A stretch of 61,965 nucleotides of DNA, filler included, from Jimgerdemannia flammicorona (GCA_003990765.1; 3 parts of 3 records of this genome joined end to end with filler, not necessarily neighbours in it), one strand, 5' to 3'. Shown: positions 22,520 through 35,610, counted from the whole stretch's first letter. Numbers and translations are program-made. Notes: generated from the sequence alone by a model not told the origin.

Positions 22520-23827
22520 CAAGATGAATCCCTCACTTTTAAGCTGAAAAACAAATAACCCCACAACAACTACCCTGACTACAAGAGTCACCCCTGCAAG
22601 AATTCAAGACAAGATGGAAATACACCCCTCCACATTCTATAGATATACTACTGAAGAGTTAATCCTGACCTTCATTGAAGACTTTGAACAATTCACTGCC
22701 ATATGAGCTCCTGGTGTAGATGTACAATTGGCCCTTCTACCAGTCAGCCTCGAGACAAGTTCAATACAACCACTATTGCTAATAATAGTGCAGCCAAACT
22801 TGCCAACATAAAGGCCTTCCTCAGAACAATATACTATACTGAAGAGATCAAGCAAGCTCTCAAAGATCAACTCAACACTATCTGCCAGAGACTCAGTGAA
22901 GATCCCAACTCATTCTATATCTGAATCTGCCACCAGATTGTCCTGGCTAGCTATGATGATGCCCTCAAGGAACAAATAGTAGATTCAACCTTTCTCAAAG
23001 AAGTTTACCCTGAAATTGCCCTAGCAATCTGGTTTACTCCAGCTACACTGACCCTTGATCAGAAAGTGGTCTTTGCACAGAGATATTGGACTGCCAGACA
23101 CCCTGCCAAACACTCAATGGAGAAAATAACTGGCATCAAGATGGAGCCATCAAAACCAACTAATATTATACCTGCCACAGTTGTAAACAGACAACCATCC
23201 CCACCTACCCCCAAGACTGCCAAAGCTGACCCAGTGGAGGAACTCACCAAGCAGTTCACCAAGATGACTGCATACCTTGGTGATGTTGTTAGAGAAGTCC
23301 AAAGTGCTAACAGGAGACCAGTGCAGAGATTTGCAGCTGCTACAGAAGAACACAATATCACATGCTTCAGATGTGGAGAAGAAGGCCACTATGCAAAGAA
23401 TTGTATGACCAAAACAAGACACAAAGCCCAACCAAGCAATGCTAGCAGAATCAGAGAACAAACTAATGCAGTAGTCATCGAGAAGATTGGCAATACTGAT
23501 GATGAAGAATACTATGAGGAGCTTGAATTCTACCCTATTACTAAAGGTACCAGAACCTGGTCCAAGCCCTATGACAAGAAGAGCAACAGCAAGCCAGTTG
23601 GAAGACCAAAGAAGACCCCAGCTGTCACTATTCAAAGCAAGACTCAACCTGAGGAGATTGATCAAGACATGGAGTTAGATGAAGCTGCCCACCAAATCAT
23701 TGAAGGCACTACTCCAGTCTCAGAAGAAAGTGAAAGCAAGAAGGAACAGAAGCTGTATAAGACCAAGATCTACCAGTATGATATCTACAAAGACCTCAAG
23801 GAACAGAAGCTACTTTTGGACAGCTAG
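22520..23827 (+). pseudogene. gag: Gag with CCHC zinc knuckle
   Basis: CFRCGEEGHYAKNC at ~23363-23404. Upstream capsid-like segment is interrupted by stops. The 5' boundary is approximate. Confidence 0.85.
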
Positions 23828-23853
23828 CTGAAGTCCCTGCCTTCAGATAGCCA

Positions 23854-24330
23854 TTGAGAGTAGGACTTGCAACTACTGTCAAAAATCAAGAGTACAAGAT
23901 TGTAGAAGCTCACAATGCACAGGAAGAATCTGAAAACTCAGGTGAAGAATCTGAAGACCAGTGCAAGACATCAGCCTATACTCTATATCAGATCAAAGAC
24001 TGTATCTTTGATGTCATCATTGATACTGGTGCTGGAGGATGCCTCATGAGCAAGAAGGCAATTGACTGCCTAGGCTGGGGCATTGAAGAGTCCACCAAGA
24101 TAGTCTATGTTACAGCAGATGGTATATAAGCTACTCCCCTTGGCAAAATCCAAGAAGTCCCCATCAAGATAGGAGGAGCTACCATCCCAGTAGACATGAT
24201 TATTACAAGTACCACCAACTATGACATTCTCATTGGTAACCAATGGCTTCACAAGGCCAAGGCCATCATTGACCTCAATGCCCAGAAGATGCAGATCAAC
24301 TATAGAGGAAGAAAGGTATGAGTCTCTATC
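23854..24330 (+). pseudogene. Retropepsin aspartic protease
   Basis: FDVIIDTGAGGCLMS and YDILIGNQWL motifs. Confidence 0.88.
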
Positions 24331-24679
24331 AATGTCTACAAAGGAGTCCTACCAGATATAGAGGAAGGAGATGAAGAGGACACAGAGGTCTTCATGCACT
24401 TAGTGAACAAGAATAAGAATAAGATACCCAAGCTCACAGATGAGCAGTGGTACAACAAGGTCATCAATAGCTATGCCCCTCAAGAAAGATGCCCCCATGG
24501 TACTAAGATGTACTGCTCTGAACACCTGAATGACTGCTGGTCCTGTATCAGTGAAGTTAGGAAAATCTGCCAACAGAAACATAAGCAAGAAGCTATCAAA
24601 GCAAAAAGAAAAGCTGAAGAAGATGACCAGCCCCCAGAGCTTCAAGCTGACAGTGATGATGAGGAGGAACAAGAATCAG

Positions 24680-25110
24680 ATATCATCCTCAAGGTCAAGA
24701 AGTTCTACTCTGAAGCTAAGATCCCAGAATACAAGACTGAAGGAGCCATAGGAATGGACCTTACCAGCATTCAAGATGCTACTCTCAAACCACAGACCAC
24801 TACCCTACTTGGCACTGGAATTGGAGTCAAGCTGCTAGAGAACTATGCCAGAATTATCAAGACCAGGAGCAGTCTGGCCAAAAGCGAAATCTCAGTTAAA
24901 GGAGGAGTAATTGACTCTGATTATACTGGTGAGATCTTTCTCATAGTTAGGAATCACAACCCCACCACCCCATTTGAAGTCAAGAAGTATGACAGGATTG
25001 GCCAGATACTGATCCACGAAATCAAGAAACCCAAGATCACTAAAGCCATCAAACTCATTAAGACCAAGAGAGGAGAACAAGACTTTGGATCTACTGGAAG
25101 AGGAGCCTAT
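24680..25110 (+). pseudogene. dut: dUTPase domain within pol
   Basis: All five trimeric dUTPase motifs are recognisable: AIGMDL, RSSLA, GGVIDSDYTGEI, RIGQIL, RGEQDFGSTG. Confidence 0.93.
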
Positions 25111-25199
25111 GCTGTCACTAAGATTACTGAACTTGAATACAAGAAAGACAAGGACCAGAATAAGCACACATATACTCTTAGAGAAAACTTTCCCCTGGA

Positions 25200-26486
25200 A
25201 GAACAACTTCTCAAGATCCTGCACTAGAATGAAGGAGTACTTGCTACAGACTTCAGAGATATCTACAATCAAGAACCTAAGTACTACTACAAAGTTAACA
25301 CTGGTGATACCAAGCCCATCTACCAGAAAGCCAGACCCATATCACCTGCCTACAGAGAATGACTGTGAGCAGAACTTAAAGAAATGGAAGAAGCCAGAAA
25401 CATCAAGCAAGCTATCAGTCTCTGGGCTTCACCTATTGTTCTCACCCCAAAGAAAGGAAGCAAGCCTCAATGCCATTATCAAGAAGGATAGGCAGCCCTT
25501 GCCAAATATTCAAGAAATCCTTATCACCTTTGGAAGCAAAGCCAAATACTACACCACCTTGGATCTGTTCTCAGGCTTCTATCAGATTGATCTCACTCAA
25601 GATACCAGTAAGAAATCAGCCTTTATCACACCTGATGCCACCTACATTTATCTGCGAATGCCATTTGAAATGTGCAATGCCCCAGCAAGTGTTTAGTGAA
25701 TAATGAACAGAGTCTTCAGCAATGAGATTAGAAAATTGCTCTTTGTCTATGTTGATAATATGATCATCTTCAGCAACACTGCACAGAAACATGTCAATCA
25801 TATACAGCTAGCCCTTAAGAAGCTCAAGGAGCATGGCCTTTATATTAAGCCCAAGAAATGCAAGTTTGCAGCTCAAGAAATCATCTATCTAGGACACCTC
25901 ATCAACCAGACTGGAATCCATACAGACCCTATGAAGATTGAGGCTGTTGAAGCCTACCTGAGACCCAGAATGACTACAGAAGTCCATGCCTTCCTTGGAC
26001 TGGCCAGCTACTACAGAAGATTCATCAAAGGATACTCCAATATTGTAGCACCTATCTACAAGCTACTAAAGAAGGAAACCAAATTCAAATGGACCAAGGA
26101 ATGCCAAGAAACCTTCAATGAACTCAAGACCAGGTTGACCCAAGCATCTATCGTCAGAAGACCAGATTAGAACCTAGAATTTATCCTGCAGACAGATGCG
26201 AGTGCTATAGGACTTGGAGCAGTCCTAGCTCAGAAGAAAGATTGATATGAATATATCATCTTCTATCAAGCTGAGGTACCCATAGAGCAGAACAGAACTA
26301 TGAGTCATGTAAGCTCAAATGCTTAGTAGTAGTTTGGGCAGTAGACAAGTTCCACTACTATCTAGTCAGGAAATACTTCACTATTCAAACAGACCATTCT
26401 GCTCTTGCCTGGTTATTCCACACACTGAACCACAAAGAAATATATGTCAGATAGATATACAGACTGCAAGAGTATGACTATACTGT
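25200..26486 (+). pseudogene. pol: Gypsy RT and RNase H (RNase H resumes at 32363 after the LINE insertion)
   Basis: LDLFSGFYQI, MPFEMCNAP, YVDN (degenerate YxDD), FLGLASYYRRFI, LQTDASAIGLGAVL. NADALSR follows at ~32391-32411. Confidence 0.92.
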
Positions 26487-26960
26487 TTTTTATTTTTTTT
26501 TTATAGTCACTTGGACTCTGCCATTTATTACCAGTCCATAGTTAAATATACAGTCTTCCACCTACTATCCAATCCCCATGGGAGGGCCTCACCTCACCCC
26601 AACCCCAGTAAAGGCCACCTTCTCCCCAATAACGCTCACTCTTCCCCCACTCTGCCTACAAATTTTCTCCACCAGATTGTGCCTCTGACCCTTCTGTATC
26701 CCCCAACCAAGCCACCAGCCCATCAAGGTATCCTCCATAAGATTCTGCCACCACCTCAGCCAGACCTCCAAGCCCAGTCTTCTCCCCTCCTCAAAAACAA
26801 ATAATCAGTGTCCGGCCAACCCTACCCAAATGGCCAGTGCCCAGCCAAGCATGAGCCATTCCTTTCTCACCCCCCCCACCAGTCTGTCGCTCAAGTCCTC
26901 CCACCACCCCCGCATACCAGAACCCCTGCCCCTCACCCCCAAATGGTTTCCTACAGATTG

Positions 26961-28601
26961 TCAAAAGTCACTAAGTACCTCGCACTCCCCTAACCAATGT
27001 TCTGGCGTCTGTACGTAACCCCCTTCCTGACTCACATTATAGCACTCCTCACAGTCAAAAAATCCCCCCTCGATAAGGTGACCCGAGCAGTAATTGAGCA
27101 TGACATTCCTCCTCAACATGTGCCACCAAGTCACCCAATACTTTGGTGGCATCCATCTTTTCACCTCAGCACTCCATGTCCAGATACTCCTCCAGTCCCA
27201 CTCCTCGCCAATTCCGACACCTTGCCAACCACTGGGCCACAGATCCTGGCCTGGTCCCCTCTGGCAGTCTATTCCATCACTAATGTCAAACTCAAGCAAT
27301 GGGACCCTGCCCAGTAGCACCCAGTCCCATCTCCACATCTCTGGGTCCCAATCCTCCTCCCCTTCATTTCCCTGCCAATGGATTCCGATGCAGTGTGCTC
27401 CCTCTGCTATCCCCCACCAGAAGCCTTTAAATCGCAATTGAGCAGTGTTCTGAAGTCCAACCAAAGACAGGAGATCGCCAGTTGAACCCCGAGGCACAGA
27501 CCGCCTCTCCCAAACCTTCTGCAATAGGGGAACCCAACCACCCCCTCTCAATTCTACGGCTCTCTTCAACCACCAAGCCCTTAAGCAGTGTAGCCTCTTT
27601 AGAAAGTCAACCAGTCTCAGTCCGCTGCTCGCCACTGGTAGGGACAAGACCTCCCAGCCTATCCGACTCCTCCTTCCAGCCCAGATCCATCTCTTGGCAA
27701 GCTTCAACAGCCTCCTTACCACCCAGGGTGGAAAATCCAGATGGTACACCAGATACCACAACTTCGGTAACCAGTAAATGTTCAAAATTGTAACACGCCC
27801 TGCCAGGGACAGGTGATGGCCCCCCCAGCTCCACAGGGCCTCTCCCCAGATGCCAACCCACTGCTCCCACCAAAGCCTGGGTAGTACCAACCCATACACC
27901 GAAAGATAGATCCCCAAGTACTGCACTGCCTCACCAGCAGGGACAACCATTCCGATAATCTCTCCACCCACCAGACCATTGCCAAGCACCATTGTTTCGC
28001 ACTTATGCCAATTAAGTTGCGCTCCAGAATTCTTCTCATACCACTCCATTGTCTCCTTAAGCTCCTCAACATCTGCAATTGATCCCAATCTGACCACCAT
28101 GTCATCTGCAAAGGCCCCCACCTTCCACTCAATGCCAAAAATGGAGAGCCCCCCTATCTTCCACCTGATTCTATCCAATAGTGGTTCCAGAGAGAGAGCA
28201 TACAGAATGGGGGACAACGGGTCCCCCTGGGGTACCCCCCTGCCCAGGGGAAAGGCCACCCCTCGATGTCCATTACATATGAGTGCCGCCCGACTCCCTT
28301 CCAGTAGACTGACCATTGCTGACCGGAACTGATGCGGAACCCCAGCCCTATCCAAAACTTTCACCAGCCAACCTTGCCTCACCTGGTCGTAAGCCTTCTC
28401 CTGATCCAAGAAGACCAGATGCCCATCCAATCCACAAGCCCATGCCTCTTCAATAACACTATGTACCCAGGCTGTGCCATCCCTAATGAGCTGTCCCCCT
28501 ACAAAGCCCCTCTGCTCAATGCCTAAGATTTGCTGCGCCACCTTTTGTAGTCTCGCAACCACCACCTTAGTAACCAACTTCCTGTCCATATCCAGGAGCA
28601 T
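26961..28601 (-). pseudogene. LINE ORF2 RT and C-terminal Cys/His domain (546-aa open stretch)
   Basis: QRGFVGG, FLDQEKAYD, GVPQGDPLSP, AFADD, YLGI, LSLAGRV, CEEC...EHWLGEC. Confidence 0.93.
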
Positions 28602-28640
28602 TATCAGCCTCCAATTCTTCCAGTTCTCTCACCCTCCTTT

Positions 28641-29778
28641 GGCTACAGGGAAGACGAGGGACTGGCCTTTGGTGATGGTCTGGGGGGTGATCTCATGCAA
28701 GGTGACAAGGGTGAAGGGGAGCGAGGAGGAGGAAGAGGATTTGCTGGAGGTACTGGAAGAGATGAGTGGAGCAGTAGAGCGGCAGGCAAAGGCTTGGAAG
28801 TCCTATGTGGAGTCGACACACTTGGAGGTGGTGGATGGGAAGAGGATCAGAGTGGACAAGGTGCAATGGGAAATAGCTCAGGGTTGTAAATGTCAGAAGG
28901 AGCTACTGGCCAAGATGGGGAGTCGACCATTGGCGGAGACTGGTGGAAGGGCGGAACTGGGGGGTGCCAAGGCGAGTGTCTGGGCTGGTGAGAAAGATGG
29001 GAGTGAAGGAAAGGCAACAGTGGAGGACAGAAAGGCAGCTGGTGGTGACCCATTTGCTGATGGTACATTCAAGGTCTGGGAGGAGGACTGGGTGGGATCG
29101 CCTACCCCTACCCCTCTCATCAGGTGAGGGCCAGCCTACTGGAGTAGGGCAGGAGAAGATGTGCCAATGAAGGGGGCCCAGCGAGTGCAATTTGGCATGC
29201 CCAAGGTGGTAAAGGGGGGACAGGTGGTGGAGGTTGGGGAGGAGGAATTGGTGGATGTCCCAGAGGTGTGGGATGAGGCGGTGAGCACCAGGGCAGATAT
29301 CACAATGCTGGATGGTGGAAGACTGGTGACCCCGGGAGGGAAGGAGGTTGGAAATCTACTCTGGATGTACAGGATGATGAATAACCTGGCGGCTGAGGAG
29401 CTTGGGGAGGTGGACTTGAGGGTAATGAGTGATGAGCATTGGGCACGGGTATTGCAGGGTGATGGGGTAGAGTTGGCATTGAAGGCGGAGATCCTTGTGG
29501 TATATCTGGAGGAGGAAGGGTATGAGGTGGATAAGGAGCGAGAGGCTGAATTAGCAGGGGTTGCTGGTGAGAGAGCCAAGTACTGTTGGGCCAAGCAACA
29601 TGGATTGCAGCTCTGGCAGGAGACCTGCCAGGAATATCACGAGGAGTTTGAGGAGAAGGCAGATAGAGAGATGAATGAGCTATTGGCGGGATTGGAGGCT
29701 CAGAGGGCTGAAGAGGAGGCAGTGGCTGCGGAGCATAATCTGGACATGGTGCAGGAGGAGATGAACTTGGAGCAGTAG
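28641..29778 (+). pseudogene. LINE ORF1 C-terminal half (in the inverted segment)
   Basis: Homologous to ORF1 ends of copies 45033-46020 and 50726-51860 (VKGSEEEEEDLLE). Acidic and helical. Confidence 0.85.
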
Positions 29779-29812
29779 AGATGGACTGGATAAAAAAACA
29801 CTATACGTCAAT

Positions 29813-31392
29813 ATGAATAGTACAACCAATATTTTTTCACTGAATGTAAATGGGTTATGGGGTACTTCTAGACAGAGGAACATTTTTACTTGGCTGAAGG
29901 GATTGGAGGCCGATCTCTTCCTCTTGCAGGATGTCAGATGTGACGAGGTCTTGGATAAACTGGAATGGATGAAGGAATGGGGCGGTGAGGCAGTTTGGAT
30001 GGGAAAGGTTGGGATTCTGATATGGAAAGGCAGAGGGGAGATTAGGAATATGCAGAGCTGGGGAAATAGACTGGCCTGGGGCGAGTGGATATGTACTGGA
30101 TGGGAGCCGATTACAGTGGGATCTTGTTACTGCCCTGCTGTGAGAGGTGAACATGTAGACTGGGTGAAGGGTCTTCAAGAGAGTGGGATGCTTGCGGAGG
30201 CTGGAGTGGATGTTTTGGGTGGAGATTTCAATATGGTTCAGGAGGCACTGTTAGACAGAACAGATGGCGGACGAGGAGTTGAGGGTCAGAGTGGAGGACT
30301 GGTAGCATGGGAGGAAGTGGAAAGGCTGAGTGCTCTGGTGGATGCGGGTAGGAAGTGCTGGGGGGATAGGAGGGTATATACGCATTGGGCAGGAGGTTTG
30401 GGGACAAGAATTGATTGGATTCTGATGGCCAGCTGCTGGGGCTTGGATGTTTGGAGATCACTGGAGGTGGAGTGGTGTCCTTGGTCAGATCACTGGGGGA
30501 TTATTGGACAGAGTCAGTTTGGGGGAAGTGGGGATGGGCCTGGACATTGGCACCTCAATTCCTCCTTGTTAGATGATAAATTTTGGTGGGATGGATGGGC
30601 TGCAGACATTCAGCTACAGGTAGCGAGTTGGAGGCAGGAAGGTACCCCAGTTGATATTCGGTGGATGCGAATGAAGGCATTGGCCAAAACATACTGGAGT
30701 GAGGCTGGCAAGGAGGCTGGGAAACAGAGGAGGCGAAAAGTGAAATGGGCTTCTAGTAAACTGTCTAGGCTCTTAGGTGACTGAGCGAGACTGGTGACGT
30801 TGGAGAGAGAGGAGAATTGGAGGTCCATATGAGTGAAGAAGGAGGTTGGTGAACTACAACAGGTGCTGCAAGAGGAGGAAGAAGTGAGGGTGAAGGGCTT
30901 GGCAGCTAGGTTATGGTGGCAGGGTTTGGAGGAAGGAGAGAGACCCTCTAAGTTCCTCACAAGGGCTCTGTGGGCAAGGAGAGTACAACAATGGTGGGAG
31001 GAGGTCCTCAATTTGGATGGGGTCCTGGTCCATGGAATTCAAGATATTCTGGGATCTTTGAAGGAGCACTGGAGTGGATTGTGGAGTGAGGAGGAGGGTG
31101 GGGTAGATGCTGATGCGATCGGCCATGCATTAGAAGATTGGCAACCCCTATAGGTAGATGGGATAGATGACTTGGTGTTGCCAGTCCAAGAGGAGGAGAT
31201 CCACCAGGTTCTTGCCGTGACAACCTCGGGTACGGCACCTGGCAAAGATGGTCTGCCCTGGGATTTTTGGAAGAAGATGGTCAGGATTCCAGGAGTACTG
31301 GGGGAGATGATGGCACTGTGTGATCTTATTCTACGAACAGGGAGATGGGTGGGGGAGCAGGATCTGGGACTGGTGACATTGCTCTACAAGAA
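29813..31392 (+). pseudogene. LINE ORF2 APE endonuclease and linker (in the inverted segment)
   Basis: SLNVNG, LLQD, GGDFN, RIDWIL, WSDH, then EGERPSKF and APGKDGLP. Confidence 0.92.
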
Positions 31393-32267
31393 AGCTGAAT
31401 CCACACATCCATATCCTCAGTCCTGAGCGAGGTCCCTTCCCAGACCCTGAACCCAATATCCACTACCTCACCATACTCCGCCATGACCTCTTTGACTCTC
31501 TTTCTCGTCTCCATCACCATCACCGTTGGCACTCCTTTCACCAGAAGTTGGACCACCCTGGGGTCCCATTTCAAACAACGTGCCATCGGGACACACATCT
31601 CTCCAATGATCAATCCAACCTTCAGCACCTCCTCTAGGGGCTCCGCCTCCTCAAAACCCACCTCTACCCCCTCCAATCCTTTCAAGAACTTCATGGACGC
31701 CACTCCAGCCACCTGCTTAGCGATAAGCCCCAGCACCATTTTCGCCGTCACCGCCAGGCTCCGGAAGCACAGTGTCACCGCGAATGCCGAGATCGATTTC
31801 TTGAGTAACAGTGCCACCGCCAGGCCCATCACACCATCTGCCAAGTCTCCCTGCCTTCTAAGCCTCAGCTGCTCAGCCACACCATCAGCTGTCACATCTG
31901 GATTTTTTTCCAGATTGGCAGTCCCATCACCATCAGCCATCACACCCCCCCCAGCCCCTACTCCTCCAGCTCTGCTGCTCTCACCCCCAAGTGCTACTCC
32001 CCCACGAACTGTCGTCGTCTCCATCTCCTTGCCCTTCCTCAGTCAACCCTCCAGCCCTGTTGTCTGTTGCCTCCCCTTCACCGTCTCTGCGAAGCTTGCC
32101 CTCCCAGATCCCTGTCCTCCCCTGCCTCCTCCCCCTCCTCCTCGTCCTCCTGCCAACAGCCCTCTCATGTCACCCCCCAGGCCAGGACCCCTTCCCACCT
32201 GCTGCCAGTCGAATGCGCTAGGGCTGCCCTGCCCAGCACACACCCCAGAGTACTTGTTGTTCGCCAT
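31393..32267 (-). pseudogene. LINE ORF1 N-terminal half
   Basis: MANNKYSGVCAGQGSPSAFDWQQVGRG, a Gly-rich region, then a conserved domain shared with the 46063-46899 and 51422-52375 ORFs. Confidence 0.85.
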
Positions 32268-32599
32268 TTCCTTATCACCTTTCTCCAATAAACGACTTGT
32301 GAGTGTGTTGTAAAGTGTGTGTAACGTGAATGTTAGCTGAGAAAGGTGTATGACTATACTGTCAAGCACTACTCAGGAAGAACCAATACCAATGCTGATG
32401 CACTCTCAAGAATACTCCGAAATACCCCTATCAAGATTACTCAACATGAATAAGGAGTTATACTATGGATTAATCAGCTATCTTGAGCAGCAGAAGATGT
32501 CCAACCACCTTGAACCCTGGACAATTACCATCATCAACCAGACTTGGAAACAGTTTGAACTAGACAATACTATACTCAGAAAAGGAGGAAAGCTAGTAA

Positions 32600-33631
32600 T
32601 ACCTAAACACAAGAAGTATCAAGTAATGAAGGAAGTATATGAGCAAGGACACCTAGGAGGAACCAACACATATGACAAGGCAAGAAGAACCATGTGATAG
32701 CCTAAGATGGAAGAAGATCTGTGCCAATTTGTCAAAGGGTGTGACAAGTGCCAAAAACAGAAATAAGATCAGCAAGACCAGGCACCCAGATCATCAAGAA
32801 TTGAGCCTATCCCCTTCTATCACATTGCAATGAATATCATTGGGCCACTACCAGTAATACTATTATATTATAGTTATTGTAGACCTCTTTACCAAATGGA
32901 TAGAAGCAGGAGCATTACAAGAAGCCAATGCCCTCTCTATAGCTAACTTTCTGTACTGAGAAATCATCTGCTGTTACAAGACACTGAAGCAAATCACAAC
33001 AGACCATAGCACAGAATTTGTCATTAGATTTTATGAGGTAATGTATTAGAAATACAAGATCCAGCACATCAAGACCACCATGTATCACTCTTAAGGAAAT
33101 GGACAGACAGAGAGAACCAACAAGACCCTCAAGAATATCCTGGTGAAGATCTCAGTGACATATGAGAATTGGGATAACTATCTCCCAACCACTCTCTCTG
33201 TCCTACAAGATATATAATCACAGAGCACACACTTTACCCCAAGGGAACTGCTCTTTGGAGAAGAAGATTCTGATGGAACCTCAGCTATAAATCTAGATCT
33301 AACTTGGAGACAGATTGATGTAGAAATCCAGAGACTACACCAAATTAGGATGAAGGCTGAAGATTACATTATCAAGTCACAAGCACTGATAAGGAAGAAT
33401 GAAGAAAAGAATTACAAGACCCTAGAACCCATCCAAATCAGAGAAAAGGTTCTACTGTATTGAAATATGGTAGAAGCCTCATGGTTGCAAAAACTGGAGC
33501 CCAAATAGAAAGGACCCTTCTACATGTAAGATATCAAGAGAACTACCTTCTGGCTTAGAAAAATCTCAGGGACCATACTGCCTATTACAGTACATAGGAA
33601 CAGACTCAAGAAGTACCATGAACCTATATAA
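32600..33631 (+). pseudogene. Gypsy integrase
   Basis: GHLGG...CDKCQK, NIIGPLP, DLFTKWIEA, ITTDHSTEF, GQTERTNKTLK, GPF motif. Confidence 0.9.
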
Positions 33632-33995
33632 GAGAAGCAAAACATGATAACTGTCCATGAGGTTCTAGTCTGCGAATCGTAACAGCATATCCCATAACTA
33701 GCAGGCTATCTGTCTGGACTATTCTCTAAGGGATACAGCACCAGCAACTACTCATCCATAAGACTTTCAAAGCCAGAGGAGTTTGAACCATCAACTGATT
33801 GGTCAAGATCAGAATCAGGTCCTTACTCTATATGAAGGGAGCAATCCTTCACCATTATGCCAAAATACAAAGGAAAGATGCCAGCCCATAAATACTACTT
33901 TTCAACCCCTTATCAGAGGTTATGGGATCAGCAATTTTTTCAGGATTGGACCAATTAATAAGGATGCTTAAGAAAATCCTTATTCAGGAGGAAGA

Positions 33996-35594
33996 TGTAA
34001 CAGTGATCCCAGAATGATGACATCAGTACAGGAGACAGCCTTTCCTTACAAACTACTAGATTAGAGCATAAGAAGATCATATGGTATATGAGATGAGCAA
34101 TGATGACCAACTATGAGTCATTGTGACCACAGTATGAGTATCTTGAGGAATATAAAAGAAGGATCAAGGAACTGCAGTAGTAGCAACCAACAAGAACCAC
34201 CAATCCCAAAATAGCTCAAAGACTCACCATAAACAAAATACCTGCTGCTCACCAAACCTCAAGGTCAAGGAACCACCAAGGTACCTCAGTTGAAGAAAGG
34301 ATATTCCAAGACATCAGAAGAGCTATGAGGATCTGCTCAAGAAGGACTCCTAGTGTCAACCTGGGTACTGCTGACCCTTATCACTATATCCTCTACTGCT
34401 GTGAAATGGAAACAGAATTACCATTGCTACTGAATACTTCCAAATGTGGCAGGAGTACAAAATAGGAAACCTCCTCTGCTGGGAGTTCCCACAGGCCAGC
34501 CCTCAAGAGCTACAAGATATCACTCCCATGAATATATATGAGGCAAGAATGGCTAAGAAGATCCATTGGATCTTCAGACATACACCATGGTCAATCCCTA
34601 ACTTGGAGTATGTTAGAGTCTCAGATTTCAGAGACCTGTTATCTCACCATATCAATGCACTAGAAACCAGAGTGGCTATAGAAGCCCAGTCTAATATTAC
34701 CCTCAATAGTGATAAAGTAGAAGACTTCTGGCATTCCATCCTTCAGGACAATCCAGACCAATTCCTACAAGAATTGATCTCAGTATTCCAAGACCCAAGC
34801 ATCCAGATTAGACCTCCCCAAGACCCCATATTTGTCCCCTATTTTGTAGAAGAGAACCTTATAGATTGAGAGCCCCCACTACTGAACATGATAACATTAT
34901 CAGCAATGATGTCATCCCATGCAACATGTACAAAGTATGCAAAATTCACGATGATGACAACTAGACAGATGAGATGTTCATGGACCTCATCTCCTTTGAA
35001 GACATCCTGACCTCTGATGAGGATAAAGCTCCTATGGTCTTGAACATTCTGCTCTAAGTCCCTTGGCTACACTGAGTTATGCCAGCAAGAGCATTCTGAT
35101 GTAACACTGAGTTATGCCAGCACCAGCATTCTGATGTAACACTGAGTTATACCAGTACTGGCATTCTGATGTAATACTGAGTTATGCCAGCACTGGCATT
35201 CTGATGTGACACTGAATTATACCAGCATCCTGAACCTGTATAACTATCAGTGGCAACTCTGAAACTTAGCAGTTTTTTCTGTTCTGGCATTTTATTTTAG
35301 TTATTGGAATTTATATTTAGCTTTATATCTTAGCAACTATTGAATTATATTTTGTATAAATACTCTTCTTATTTTCTCTGAAATAAAGTCAGTCAACTCA
35401 GTGTAATATACACACTTCCTTGCAAGCAATCTAAGAGATAATAAGACAGTTTAAAGATAAGAAGTTTGAGGACTATAAGATCTTGGGAAGGTACTCCAAT
35501 AAGAACTTGCTTATAACAAACTTGAGTTAGTCTAAGAGATACACCTTGAAAAGAATCTGATATATTTGAAGAACTCAGTGACCACTATGTAATA
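33996..35594 (+). repeat. 3' LTR (1599 bp)
   Basis: Begins TGTAA directly after the PPT. The terminus has decayed to TGTAATA. Homologous to 20902-22494. Confidence 0.93.
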
Positions 35595-35610
35595 TTATAT
35601 TGATATATAT

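Larger units (their letters stand above)
26487..32347 (-). mobile_element. Full-length L1/Tx1-like LINE (5.86 kb) with internal inversion of ~28641-31392
   Basis: Poly(A) end at 26487-26502. 15-bp TSD GTATGACTATACTGT at 26472-26486 and 32348-32362. The 5' UTR/ORF1 start and the RT/3' end are on minus. The ORF1 second half and EN/linker are on plus. Confidence 0.95.
20902..35594 (+). mobile_element. Full-length Ty3/Gypsy LTR retrotransposon with dUTPase and ~1.6-kb LTRs (inactivated, carries a nested LINE)
   Basis: LTRs at 20902-22494 and 33996-35594, 4-bp TSD TTAT (20898-20901, 35595-35598), PBS-like TGGTGCCCA (22498), PPT AGGAGGAAGA (33986-33995). Domain order gag-PR-dUTPase-RT-RH-IN. Confidence 0.95.

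Noticed and set aside
35010..35030. CTGATGAG hammerhead-like core in the LTR (also ~2505)
   Set aside because: No stem II hairpin followed by GAAA, and no stem I/III pairing.
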